A stretch of 62,733 nucleotides of DNA, filler included, from Choristocarpus tenellus KU-1152 (lineage: Eukaryota; Protista; Phaeophyceae): NCBI GenBank assembly GCA_964200185.2. It is 11 parts of 11 records of this genome, joined end to end, with 100 filler letters (N's around TTAATTAATTAA, not from the genome) between each part and the next. Parts side by side here need not be neighbours in the genome. Positions count along the whole stretch, not along the records: positions 8,961 to 13,710 come from CAXNAD020013209.1; positions 13,811 to 17,549 come from CAXNAD020018214.1; positions 17,650 to 22,570 come from CAXNAD020012525.1; positions 22,671 to 28,061 come from CAXNAD020010940.1; 7 more parts are not named here. One strand, given 5' to 3'. A program made the position numbers and the translations under genes. Every line of letters begins with the position of its first letter. The first letter of the stretch is position 1. This document shows positions 12,351-24,505 of this stretch, piece by piece. The notes beneath the pieces were generated by a model. That model did not search any database and had not been told where the DNA came from. It saw only the letters and a program-made list of their open reading frames with translations.

Positions 12351-13381
12351 GTCTAATTTTGAAAAGTTTGTGACCAGTAAGAACATGGAACCTGAGACAA
12401 GACATGAATCCGGGTGGGGTGGGAGTGACATTGCATAATGTGGTGCCATTAAACCAGCGCTGTATGAAGGAGACTGACCTGTTTGAGGACGTGTATTGCA
12501 GATGCTACTGCTGCTGTGTGGTTACGTTTGTTTTTTATGCTGCAGGGTCTAGTTTGGCTTATCCTTCAGTCCGGTTGAAGCTTTGGTTTATGTATCGAAA
12601 TAGCTCCTATTCCGTGAGCACCAGGATTGTATGTGCACGCCAACCTATGCCCTTGAAACCTCCTAGCTAAAACTCCTCAGTTTTATTTGTACCTCAAGAC
12701 TACCAGCTGCTGCCACTGTACCTAATCTGTCGCATTATTACCCTCCCTGATTCGAACATTTTGAAAAGCTTCCCAAGGTCTTACAAAGGTGGACGGAACA
12801 GTTACAACATTTTTTTTTTTAAGACGAGACTCGTACCCGAACAAGAGGCATTTGTTTGAATACGAGTTGAAGATTGGTAGGCACAGACATGTCCTTCACC
12901 CACCCAGGGCAGTCGGAAGTAGGGGGTGGGCGCCTATGCACATTGTCATTCACATCCCGAATTAAAATGCCTACCAGGTGCTGGGCACTCCAGAGGACTT
13001 TTTTTTTGTAAGTGTCCCAATTTGCGGCCAAGTAGTAAAAAAAAAAATCCCAATTCAACACACTTTGCCACTTCTCCACGGAGAACCCTCCTGATCTCGC
13101 TACCAGTACTGCATACAAGCTCAACAAACGGCTTTGAATATTCACTCTCTTGAAGTGTGCCACTCCAGGCACCACACCTCCTTAGCTCTTTGAATATTCA
13201 CTCTTCTTGTTCGAGCGTCTCACGTTTCTTACCCGGCTGTTGACCAAGAGTTAACCTTGCGTCGTCCACAGCACTCTGCCAGGTTGTGTCAGGTAGAGAA
13301 CCCCTCGCTCCGTCGGGCAATGCTTTCATGCAACAACCGATTGGCCGACGCGCGTAAAAAGAAAAGAAAAAAAATGCTGTT

Positions 13382-13420
13382 GCTATGCTATGCTATGCTA
13401 TGCTATGCTATGCTATGCTA
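13382..13420. repeat. (GCTAT)n microsatellite
   Basis: Direct reading. Confidence 0.9.
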
Positions 13421-13810
13421 CCCCTACCGTGCTCGCTGCTACCATTTTTTATTTTTTCTGAAAGTTGCTCTTCTTCTTGGTTGGGTGTGGCAACCCCCCT
13501 CACCAGTTTCTACCCCTCTGCCTGAACCGTGAATGTAATTTAGAGCCGGTGTGCAGTATATGGCTGTGAGAGAAATCGATGACGGTACGATGTGCTCAGC
13601 CCTCTTTACTGTGATCAGTATAACTCATACCGACCATCCACCCCCCCGCCCCCCCGCCCCCCCCCCCCCCCCCCCGCCACCCGCCCCCCCCCCCCCCCCC
13701 CCCCCCTCCCNNNNNNNNNNNNNNNNNNNNNNNNNNNNNNNNNNNNNNNNNNNNTTAATTAATTAANNNNNNNNNNNNNNNNNNNNNNNNNNNNNNNNNN
13801 NNNNNNNNNN

Positions 13811-15060
13811 GTAGGACATGTATTTTCAATATTTGGCTCACCTGAGTTTTTGAGTGAAAGTATCGTAGAGGGTACAAGTTTTGCCCTGTTTGTCCATTTC
13901 GGGCTTGACTTCCCACGGGTTTTCTATCGCATTTTTCTACTCTGAAATGTTTCGGAGTAGGTCAAATGTATACGTTATCAGAAGATGTGTCTAGAACAAG
14001 GATATTGATACTTCCGAACAAACACGATGCCCCAAACTACACAAAATCGCACATTGCATTTTTGCCCCCAAACGGACGCAGCTCTACCCTCTAAGATATT
14101 TTGACTCTGTTACACTCCGATCAAGGTGCTGAGTTTGAAAATAGTATTATTGCAGAGCTGCATCTGTCTTTGGTTACAAGAAAACCAAAACCACACTTTA
14201 TCATCCTCAAGGAAATTCTGTGTTAGAGAGAGTACATGCTATGTTGCATTCTATGCTAGCAATGTATATCTCTGTTGCTGAGGATAACTGGGCATCGTTA
14301 CTGCCTTTCGTACAGTTAGCCCATGATACAGCATTCAGTGCAAAGTTGTATGGAACTCCATTTTTCCTTCTGTTTGGAAGACAAGCTCATTTACCTGTTG
14401 ATATTATCCTTGGTTTGTCTAATGCTGATTCAGATGTCGCTACTGAAGAGTTTACTCAGCAAACCAAAGATAATTTACAATTTGCATTTGAGATGGCATG
14501 TCGTAATCTCCAATGAGCACAATAAAAATCAGGAACGTGTCAACTATCATCTAGTGTTCCCCGTTTTCGTACCTGGTATCAAGTTCTAGTCCATAGGCCA
14601 CATGAGAGTACTGATGGTCCGAATCCGAGGTTACTTCACCCTTGGAGGGGTCCATATGAAGCACATTCTAAGGTATCACCTATCATGTACAGGGTAGTAT
14701 TTACCTGGAAACCGACATCCATTTTCCGTTCATCTGGGTAGAATGAAGTGTTAATATCAAGTCCAACCTCCCACACCAGATTTAAATGAAATGGATTATT
14801 TGTTTCTGGGAAAACCATTACCATTACCAGATGTTGGCCATCAAATCTCTCTGCCTGTTATTGGTCAATGCACTATTGATAGCATTATTGGACATAGACC
14901 TGGTCCTGGTCGTTGTTTGTCCACTAATGTTATCTATCGCCTTCGTCCTTATGGCTATGGACCATCTTGTGATCTTCACAAAGGAATCGAACAGACCTCA
15001 CAATGCCGTGAAATGATTGCAGCCTATCGTGCAGTAAAAGGGTTGGATAACCAGTATTGT
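13811..15060 (+). mobile_element. Ty3/Gypsy (chromovirus-like) integrase plus chromodomain, degenerate, interrupted by a MITE
   Basis: After removing the MITE at 13852-14107 it reads FGSPELLHSDQGAEFEN...TTLYHPQGNSVLERVH (second D and the E of D,D35E), then GTPFFLLFGRQA, the GPY motif HPWRGPY, and a chromodomain IDSIIGHR...YRLRPYGYGPSCD...IAAYR. Frameshifts and stops are present. Confidence 0.88.
13852..14107. mobile_element. MITE family B inserted in the Gypsy integrase core, TSD TTTT/TGTT
   Basis: GAG...CTC termini; removing the element plus 4 bp restores CCT GAG TTG TTA CAC TCC GAT (PELLHSD). Confidence 0.9.
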
Positions 15061-15089
15061 TACAACGCGGAAGTCTCGGTAGGACCTTC

Positions 15090-16440
15090 ATGTTATAGCA
15101 TGCACCAGAAGCTTACCTCCACAGCATGTATAGCTCCAATCCACATGCCTATAGAAGATGCTGGTGCTCGTGTAACTCTCTCAGGATACTTCAGCAGTTC
15201 AGGCAATCCAACGAGTGTCAGGTTAGCAGGACAGGGGGTACTGCTCTCTTTCAATGCCAATGAGTGTATGGCATCAGATATATTATCTAAAAACCGTTGC
15301 AACATTCCCAAGTTACAGATCTTACTCTGCAACCTTTAGCAAATCAGAGTTCCTCTTTATAAGGTTCCCCACGCGTGTGTACTGCTCACGCTTGTTAGAA
15401 CTTGAGAAGAAATACTCGTGCTACTCACCTGTAACAGTAACGTTCTTGTCCCACACAGTGTTGACTTGATAATTCCTATTTACTGTTATCTTAATCCTTT
15501 GCATAGTCTATATATCACGCATTGCCACAATATTGTAACCTATTGTTTCAGTAAAGAGATTATTGTATATATGTGCGGTACAGATTCTTGTCAATTTTGT
15601 TGTTGTTTGTTTAATTGTGTGTTTATTTATTTTTTATGACTTGTGTGTCTTGGCAGGATCTTGTAGTACCCACATATCGTAATCCTTTTCATAGGTTGAC
15701 CATCTAGTTTAGACAAATTGTTTGTTTGTCATTTTGTCATAGATGGGCATAGCCTATCGTTTTGTGAAGAGATGAGATAACTGGTAACAGATGTCAGTTA
15801 ACCTGTTCACGACCAGCTCTGACTTGACATCTCGTGTTTACCAGGTTTATCAATCCTTGCAAATAGACTATACATATGTTGGTGGATTTGGATAAATTAT
15901 TAATAATTTTTTTATCTAACTCTCCTCGTTTGCATGAGTGGACACATGCGATGGTGAAGAGACTGTATTGCTGCTCACAATAGCACTGTGTGCTAGAGGT
16001 GACTGTTCATTACATCATGTCATGTTTTCATGAAATTGATTTATTGATCATCATGAAATGACTAACCCCATAATAAAACAAAAATGAAGATTCAAGTCTA
16101 CCACTAGGTAAGATATGGAGACTTCAGATGAGTCATACATGTTATTTATTTTATTTTGAGTGGCGTGATCCCCCCAACATGATGTAATGACTGTACAGTC
16201 ACCTCGTATCGTTTTAGGAGAGTTGAGCCACCAACGCCATACGTCTGAGTTGCCCACTTGGAATATTCTAGTCATCATGAGCAATATTCCAATCGATGTC
16301 AGAATTGAGGAAGCAGAATGGGTACACACATTTGATCTCATCATTTGCTGTGTTGATTTGGTATGTAACACGTGATGTTTTCATGCATCGGAGTGGCGAT
16401 CAAATCATCGTATAACACCCGTATAGCAATGTTGAATCAC
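15090..16440 (-). mobile_element. Highly decayed Gypsy-like reverse transcriptase/RNase H relic
   Basis: Faint collinear remnants: QMMRSNVCTHSASS (compare GIIRPSxSP), LNSPKTIRGD, IMGLVIS (compare MPxGLxNS) and AIVSSNT. No intact YxDD. Confidence 0.35.
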
Positions 16441-16853
16441 AAATGATAGTCAAACCGTTTATTGACATCGTACAGTGTTTGGTCCTCATATCCCCATTCT
16501 GAGTATCCTCTGTTTAAAACAAGATAATAGAGACCTATATACTGACCACATATACCTCTCACCTCGTCCTTAGGCTGATTGATATGCTGATTCCATACTC
16601 TCAGACCTCATAAACTTGATTGATGTGCTGAATACACAACATTAACCTTAGGCTAATGTTATCCTGATCAGATATTCATTAATGCCTCATTTATATATTA
16701 TACTTCATTTTGTATTAATGGAACCATGTACTACAATGATGCAATAGTGTACTAGCAGTCACACATATTTCCCATTTCCCTCCCAGAGCTCACTATTTGG
16801 TTGACTGTGAATCATGTTTACATGGCTTCAAGGCCGATCAGAAGGGAGGGTGA

Positions 16854-17199
16854 TGTGGAAAGTATGTTTGTCGGTTTTTATATTGTTACACTGATTGAGG
16901 TTCTTTATTAAGCATCCATGATTCCAGCAGCGGATCTTCGGTGAGAATGAATCCATGGAATCTCTTTAAGGGTCCAGTTCCATAGATATGGGATGGCTCT
17001 TCGTTCAGAGTTATCAAACATGAAAGATTCAGTTCGTTCTCACGTCTTGACGTTTTCTGATAATCCTCTCTCACTAGATCCTCAGTCTATCAGTTCTCAC
17101 AGTTTTTATACAAGCTGTCTTGCACTTGTCCAACCTTAACCTCGTCATCTCGGTTACGGTTTGTCTAGTCCATCTTGCCTGGTGATTCTCTTCGCCACA
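16854..17199 (+). mobile_element. 3' LTR with polypurine tract, probably belonging to the Gypsy at 13811
   Basis: Termini TGTGG...CCACA form an inverted pair, directly preceded by the purine tract AGAAGGGAGGGTGA. Confidence 0.6.
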
Positions 17200-17649
17200 C
17201 TTATCTGAGTGAACCACGCTGCCACAGAATCATACGATTCATATATGTTGGAGCTGGATCCTGCTGTGCAGGGGATTGTTATGTCTGTACAGTGCAGTCG
17301 TCTAAACTTGATGTGATACACTGTATGTACTGTACTGAACTGCACAGTACAGTAGGTGCCCCTATTTTGGGCCAAATATTCTGAACCAAATCGAAAAATA
17401 TGCAATTTTGTACCGCTTTTTTGACATGCTCAAGAAATAGGATTTTGTACCGGAATTCTCGTATTCGGGTGATTTGGCACAAAATCTCAGAGATATTCAT
17501 GCGAGTTTAGAACGCGCGTAAAAATTTCTCGCGAAAAGTGCCTTTCTTCNNNNNNNNNNNNNNNNNNNNNNNNNNNNNNNNNNNNNNNNNNNNTTAATTA
17601 ATTAANNNNNNNNNNNNNNNNNNNNNNNNNNNNNNNNNNNNNNNNNNNN

Positions 17650-20068
17650 CTACAGACACCAAGCAATCTCGACAGGTTTATCACCTTTATGTTCTTTGAT
17701 GATTTTGGGGATACTTTAACATATATATCCCCAGCATTTTGGATGCAGCGCACTACTCCGGATCCATCTGACCCCCTCAACCCAACTAACTCCCTTTCGA
17801 GACCTTTTGGCCGTGATCCTCGCACACAGCTGGATGCCTTAATACCCAACTTTGATGGGGATATAGAGGTTGGAGGATTAGATTCCTTCATTGAGCAAGA
17901 CTCAAAGTATCTGGGGGGAGTGCCAGCTGTCCAATCGGGGCACATTTTCCATGTCGTAATTTTTGGGTGATTTGGTTGCATGTGTCAGATGGATAATGTA
18001 AGTTCACTTCTCCTGGTCAGGGCCAAAATGGACACCCTGGTGTAGACCCTCCCCCCACTACCAGATACTTTGGGCCTAACGCAGACAGAATTTCAGAGAG
18101 GTACGAGAAGTACTGGAGAGACTGATGTCTGCTAGGCAAAAAAACAGGGAGAGAGCCAACACTTTGATTGCCAGGTCTTCCCCAAGACTGGAACTCAAAC
18201 CAGATGAACTAGTATTTGTGAAGAAAGCAGACAGCTCTATCCATGGGGGAAAACTAGGCAAGACAAGAGTGGGCAAGAAGCTAGTTCATTAAAGATGGAC
18301 GGGACCTTGGACTGTAAAGGAAATTTCTCACAAGAGTAGTAGCATGACGTTCGAATTGCATGGTAGGCAAACACGCACACGTAATGTTCATGCTTCTCAT
18401 GTGAAACCCTTCCATGTAAGACCCATCCATTTGATACATAGCTTCCAATATGAATATGCCCAAATGGTGTGGGAATCGGACCTAGGTCTAGCAGCAGAAT
18501 CTGTGGTAGTAACACCAATGTATGCCCTTACTGACAAAAAAGCAGTATTGTCACCATCGAATGTGCGGCATTGGGAATACAAGGGGGAAGTACCAGAATG
18601 GGCATTTGTCAGATTGGGTAACCGAAACAGAAGCTATGGGCAGCTTCACCCCACTACAGTGGGATATTTTCCATACACTTTGGGACCTCTACAATCCACC
18701 CACGAGCCCATGCCCAACTGACATTCCCCGCCAAGAAAAACTCTTGTCCCGAGAGGATGCATTAGTCCTTTTCCCCACAGGCACCACTGTCAAGAAGTCG
18801 TGGAGAGACGAGAAAGGAAGAGACATGTGGTACACAGGCACAGTTTTGGAGTTCAAGTCACCTTACTGGAGGGTACGGTTTAACAATGGAGATTGGTAGG
18901 AATTCCATAAGAGCGAAATGAGTCGCTTCTCCCAAAGATGATCCAACAGGTAACAACTTTATGCCCAGAAGACAAGGTGAGTGAGAATTAGCTGGTACGT
19001 GCCAGAACAAAGGATTGAGGTATTGATAGTCATAGTCCCCGCATGGAGTATAGGATTGCAGAAAGTTGGAACCGTCAAGCCGACCACATCAGAGCATATA
19101 GTAATATATGGGTTGCATTATTCTTTCTTTCTTTCTGTTAGCCCTGATCAAACCATTTTTTTTTCTGTCAGCACTGATCTCACCATTTTTTTTGCTTTGT
19201 TTTGTTTTTGTTTTTGTTTTCTTTATGATTTCCTGTTTTAAGCACCTGCAGCCTTGAGTATGCTTTAGGCGTAAGACAGGAAACAATTAAATGATACTTT
19301 GGAACTTCTGAAAGTTGTGCTTTAGAAGGAGCAAGTTTATACCCAGATTAGGCTAAATCAGACCAACTCTGATGGCATTCTTTGACCCTTGGGACAGATT
19401 TCTCCAAGGAAACAAGGATATCTGTTGACCTATTTTAGGACTAGTTGGAGGTATGTCTTTTTTCTGCCACAGTACGATCTGAGGTGATTGATGGTATCTA
19501 TTGTCGTCACTGGTGACAATCACCTATGGTAAGCATGAAACATGTGTTCCTAGTTCACGCTGGGGAACATGTTATAGGCGAATAGCACGATATTTCTTCC
19601 TGCAATCTAACAGTACGAGCAGTATATACACGTAGGGATTTTACAAAGAGGAACTCCGATTTGCTAGAAGATGCAGATTAATATTTGTAGTACGTAGGGA
19701 ACCTTACAGAAAGGAACGCCGATTTGCTAGAAGTTGCAGAATTATATTTGTAATTTAAGTATGTATACAACAGTTTACAGATGTCTCTTAACTTCTAGAT
19801 AATAGGAAACTGTGGAGGATGTTAAAAAAGGGTTTGTCATCAACAATATGATTCACTTCTTGAAAATTGATAAGCAGTGCATTAACTGACACCAAGCAGT
19901 GGCTATCAATCGAAAGAAGTACCCTTGTTTAGCTAACCAGATGTGCGTTGGACTCCCTTGACTGTTGGAGTATCCTAGGAGGCTTGTACGAACATTAGCG
20001 TCATTTATAGATCTGTGGATTGGAGCTACACATCCTGTGGAGGTAACCTTCTGGAGCGTGTTGTAACA
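17650..20068 (+). mobile_element. Ty3/Gypsy 3' half: integrase C-terminus, chromodomain, Tudor-like domain, 3' region, PPT and 3' LTR (19570-20068)
   Basis: Reads PFGRDPRTQLD...RWTGPWTV (GPY/F), RNVHASHVKPFH, chromo-like YALTDKK...WEYKG/KYQNGHLSDWVTE and Tudor-like GTTVKKSW...WYTGTVLEFKSPYWRVRFNNGDW*EF. GGGGAACA precedes an LTR bounded by TGTTA...TAACA. It carries two in-frame stops and a frameshift in a G run. Confidence 0.85.
17899..18076. mobile_element. MITE family A inserted in the Gypsy integrase frame
   Basis: Both TIRs present. Removing it (with a few flanking bases) rejoins FIEQ to RRQNFREV; the TSD is degenerate. Confidence 0.85.
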
Positions 20069-20328
20069 TTACACCAGGGTGTCCATTCAGACCCTAACCC
20101 AGAGAAGTGAACTTACATTATCCATCCGACGCATGCAACCAAATTACCCAAAAATCACGACATGAAAAAATGGGCTCCGAATGGACAGCGCGCCCCGCCA
20201 GCCGCCCCCCCCCCCCCCACTACCCTCCCCCGACCAAACACACACCANNNNNNNNNNTTTTTTTAGTTCCCGCCCACCCCCCACCCCCCCCCCCTCCCCC
20301 CCCCCCCCCCCCTCCCCCCTCCCCCCCC

Positions 20329-20359
<31 letters not shown>

Positions 20360-20374
20360 CAGATACTTTGAGCC
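20069..20374. mobile_element. MITE family A lacking its left ~30 bp, directly abutting the Gypsy LTR; the poly-C tract is probably mis-assembled
   Basis: Starts TTACACCAGGGTGTCC immediately after the LTR terminal CA and ends CAGATACTTTGAGCC. Confidence 0.75.
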
Positions 20375-20702
20375 TCCATCAATCACACACATATCCTAGA
20401 CTTAGCACCCATTTCAACATAAGGGGGTAGATTTCCACCTTGTTTCGAACTTTAGAAGATAGTTCCAAAATTATTATATAGATATAGATGTTCCTCATAA
20501 ACATGAAAATATTAAACAAGCTTACCGCCATTGCTTTGCAGCTTGAGGGTACCTCTTCTTTACCCCAACCCTCCTCCTATACCATATTCGCCACTGTATA
20601 TCAAAATTTGGCGTACGTCTATGAAGAGGTCGTTTCAGTACTATATTTCACCATGCTAAAATGAAATAAACTACTAATCCGCTTCATGAACAAAAAAAAT
20701 TA

Positions 20703-21137
20703 GAGTCAAAGCATTTTAGAGGGTAGGGCCGAGTCCGTTTGGGGTCCAAAATCCAATATTGCGATTTTGACGAATTTTGGATCAAAGAACCTGGGTAGGG
20801 GGGGGATGTCTACACTAGGGTGTCCATTCGGGGCCTGACCAGTAGAAGTGCACATATATTATCCATCCGACGCATTCAACCAAATTCACCCAAAATTGCA
20901 ACATGGAAAAATGGTCCCTGACTGGACAGCTGCCATCCCACCCCAAAACACTTTGAGACTTTTGGCTATCGTGTTTGATAGCAAGTGTGAATATGTTTGT
21001 TCTACACACACCAGTCTTACACATTTTAGGTAACTGTGTTCACACAGAAAACCGAAAAAGAGCTTGAAAAAACAAGGGAAGCCAAGCCCCTAATGACAAA
21101 CAGGGCAAAATTCCTATCCTCTTACATGCTTTGGCTC
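20703..21137. mobile_element. MITE family B containing a nested family A copy
   Basis: GAGTCAAAGCATTTTAGAGGGTAGGG...TATCCTCTTACATGCTTTGGCTC. Confidence 0.85.
20779..20959. mobile_element. MITE family A nested in a family B copy, TSD TTTT
   Basis: The family B consensus GAATTTTGGCTATC is split as GAA-TTTT[A]TTTT-GGCTATC. Confidence 0.88.
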
Positions 21138-21234
21138 TTTGATGACAAAAGTCATTGTATATATGACAGTGTATATTTTCGTACTTCTTGAGCACAAGGA
21201 TATGAAGATAGACACATGCAGGTCTATAAAACAC

Positions 21235-21333
21235 ATAATCCATCCGACGCACGCAACCAAATCGCCAAGAAATCGTGATGGCAAAATGATCCCCAAATGG
21301 ACAGCCGTCACCCACTCCCAGATATTTTGCTTC
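21235..21333. mobile_element. MITE family A, right-half fragment
   Basis: GCAACCAAATC...CCCCAAATGGACAGCCG...CCCAGATATTTTG. Confidence 0.65.
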
Positions 21334-21948
21334 CCTTCTTGCCTATCTTCCCGGTGTACTTAGTGTGTCTTATATGCATGTATGAGAATGAATTATGCCA
21401 CCAATAAGTATTTTTCGTCAATATTTCGTTGGAAATACCAAAATGATATTCACAATTACATAAGAATTGACCTGCATATATATATGTATATATACATCTC
21501 GTCCACACATCTTAATGATAAAATTAGAGGATTCTAATGTCAGAGTCGGACTTACAGTCGAGATTTGCGTACGCTATGTAAACTTAAATAAACAATAACC
21601 ACGTTGATTATTAATTTACAAAACTCTGTTGTCACATCCAAATCTTTTTCTCCTAACCCTACTTAAGATAGATACACTATTTGTTAATCATTCCTGCAGT
21701 AGTTCATCGACAACATCGTAACAACATGATGACTTCTGAAAGAGGTTTGTGTGGGGTTTTTAATTCGAGCTTATGAATTAGAGGAAAAATAAATATAAGA
21801 GAACTTCAGAAAGAGGGATTGCTCTAAGACTGCCTGTCTGTGGCCGGAAAGAAAGGTAATGATACATTAAGGGGAAAATATGCTAAACTGATAATAGAAA
21901 ATTTAGTCAAAGGTGGTACTGAATACGTATCCAGATGAGTTAAGAATA

Positions 21949-22120
21949 GACCCAAAGTATCTGGGGGGGTGGGGGCGTCTACACGAGGGTGTCCATTTGG
22001 ACAAAAATCGGGAAAAGTGCATTTGCATTATCATTATGGCAGCCAAATCACACAAAAATCGCGATATAAAAAATTTGACCCGAAATGGACAGCCGCCACC
22101 CCTCCCAGATACTTTGAGCC
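21949..22120. mobile_element. MITE family A, full length, 3 bp from a family B copy
   Basis: GACCCAAAGTATCTGGGG...CCCAGATACTTTGAGCC. Confidence 0.88.
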
Positions 22121-22123
22121 ATA

Positions 22124-22369
22124 GAGCCAGAGCATTTAAGAGGGTAGGAGTTTTGCCCTGTTTTTCCATTCGGGGCTTGGCTTACAACAGGAGTTTTATA
22201 CCCTTTTTCTGTTTTCTGTGTGAATTACGTAAAATGTGTACGTCTATGAAAGGTGTGTCCAGAGCAAGGGATATTGACTCTTGCTAACAAACACGATAGC
22301 CAAAAATCATCAAAATCGCAACATCGGATTCAAACGGACGTGGCCCTACCCTCTTGAATGCTTTGGCTG
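22124..22369. mobile_element. MITE family B, reverse orientation
   Basis: GAGCCAGAGCATTTAAGAGGGTAGG...CCTACCCTCTTGAATGCTTTGGCTG. Confidence 0.85.
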
Positions 22370-22511
22370 GTAAAGAAATTGAAACAGTAGAGGGTGAGGA
22401 GGTTGGTGCTTGATCTACTCGTTACAGCTATTACTCAATGGTGAGCATATATCTGGGGAAGATAATATACCTGGATTACAGATCGTGCTGCATTTTGTTA
22501 CTCGTGTAGAA

Positions 22512-22694
22512 GACCCAAAGTATCTGGGAGGGGGGGGGGGGGCTACACCAAGGTGTCCATTTGGACCAAANNNNNNNNNNNNNNNNNNNNNNNNNNNNNN
22601 NNNNNNNNNNNNNNTTAATTAATTAANNNNNNNNNNNNNNNNNNNNNNNNNNNNNNNNNNNNNNNNNNNNCCCCCCTCCCAGATACTTTGGGTC
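22512..22694. mobile_element. Two MITE family A ends on either side of a spacer (22512-22570 and 22671-22694)
   Basis: Both carry the GACCCAAAGTATCTGGGAGGGGG end in opposite orientation, so they are probably different copies. Confidence 0.7.
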
Positions 22695-23470
22695 AGATAT
22701 AGTCGCCGTTTTCAATGCCGATACAGTCAGACCAAAAGATTTAGTCACCTTCACAAATACTGTCATCATCCAGGGCAAACCTCCTTGTGTCTTGGAGACA
22801 ATACCCGCATCATCAGCATGAAACATACGCGAAAAAGTCGCTGAATTGAAGTGGTGTCCGACTCCCTAGTTCTCCTCCTCTATTTGCGTTGTTTATGGTC
22901 GCCATCCTTGAAGATAACAAGGTCCTTGAAAATGGCTGGGTCAGAGGTGAACTCCTCAACTGCCACAATTTATCAATGTAGTGAAGATGTTGAAGAGGAT
23001 CAGAGCAAGAACACACCCCTGCGGAACGTCCCGTCCAACGTGTCGAATAACCTGGTGTTATCCTTACGTTATTTGTGCTGACACAAGTATATAACATAGG
23101 TTATACGTACGTTTATATTTAGTTAGGTATGATACAAAGTACGTACGTGCATAAGAATGTAGTAAGTCAACATTTATTCACACGTCAGTGATGATGGATG
23201 GTTGACGGGCAATATAATAATTCAGTGTATGCTTTATCATGTAATTCAACTGCTAGATTTCGATGATGAGCCTTACATGCACAAAGCTTCTTAACACAAC
23301 GCCTTGAACCAGTCTGTCATCCATAGAACACATGCCCTCATAACATCATGGAATTGCCTGATGGCAGAGATATCGTTGGAGGTACGTCAAATTTAGCCAG
23401 CACAACCCCCAGGAGATCAAGACCTACAGAGTCATGTGCTTTTTGTAGATCGGTAGATAATGGCATGAAA
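22695..23470 (-). mobile_element. Degenerate non-LTR (RTE-like LINE) reverse transcriptase fragments
   Basis: DLQKAHDSV...VVLAKFDVPP, QGCVLA.ILFNIF and FHADDAGIVSKTQGGL..MMTVFVKVTKSFGLTVS..KT, split by unrelated sequence at about 23030-23290. Confidence 0.85.
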
Positions 23471-24037
23471 CCAGTCCACACTGGAGTGCTCCGAAAGTTA
23501 ATTTTTTGAGAAGTTAGAATGTTGTGGGGAGATCTTCGATTTAAAAGGGATCCCAGCTTCAACCTCTCTCGTTGGGACTCCTTTATTTAAATGTTTACTC
23601 ATTTCCACACAAAAAGAACATGAAATGGGATAGGTACCCGTTAGGTACCCGTTTGGGTTTCACAATATTTTAGTATTTACCCATTGCATGTTTTGGTAAC
23701 CAGCTGAGGTAAGTCGTAAGGAAGGTAGGGTATGGTAAGACAGCTTTTTGATGTACCGTAAGTTTAAACTCCTCCCAAGGTGTGGAAGCCCCCAGTTTCT
23801 TTTTCTTTGCTGGCCATTTAAGGCGATTTTGATCTTCTCAGGTTATTTGAAATAATGTGCGCGCGGAAAACACCTACTACTCGCGCGTTGGGACGTATAT
23901 GGTTACGTAAGAGCAAAACAACGACGCTGTAAACACTCGTATAGGTGAACACGACGGCTTCCCAGGGTGTATTGACCCCTATGTCTACCATATGGCTTCA
24001 TCCTTTCATTGCAACTCTCTGATAGGAAGTGTACATA

Positions 24038-24505
24038 TGTTAGAGGCGAATAGCGCGAGCATTCCTTTCTGCGTGCCAAAATGCGCGAACAGTATACATA
24101 CACGTAAGAATTCATATAAGAGGAACTTTGAATTGATAGAAGATGCAGATTAAGATTCGAAATGCATACGTAATCCTATAGAATAGACGTCAATTCCTGA
24201 AATTTGCAGAATAAAGATTTATGATTGGAGTATTTACACAGCAGTTTGCAGACTTGATTTAACTCTTTGGCTGTAGAAAAACGGTGAATGATGTTAATAA
24301 AAGGCTGAGTTGCTGACCATACGACTCATTTCTTTGATCCTTACCCTCTTTTGATAAAGTGAAAAGCGAGACATTGGCTGAGCTAAGCATCAACTGACAA
24401 CATACATGGTCATCATCTGTGAACCCCCGCGTAGAGTCATTTTAAGGTCGTTGGATTTGAGTTGCATATCCTGTGGAGGTGTGTTCTGGAGGGCATGCTG
24501 TAACA
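24038..24505 (+). mobile_element. Solo LTR related to the LTR at 19570-20068, with a 4-bp TSD (CATA)
   Basis: TGTTA...TAACA termini, CATA at 24034-24037 and 24506-24509, and high similarity to 38663-39088. Confidence 0.85.

Noticed and set aside
12819-13175. 118-aa minus-strand ORF near the phosphatase-like gene
   Set aside because: No ATG start and no recognisable motif; possibly TE debris but unsupported.
20107-20430. Pro-rich and Gly-rich ORFs (also 13551-13766)
   Set aside because: They are translations of poly-C/G runs and MITE sequence near gaps.
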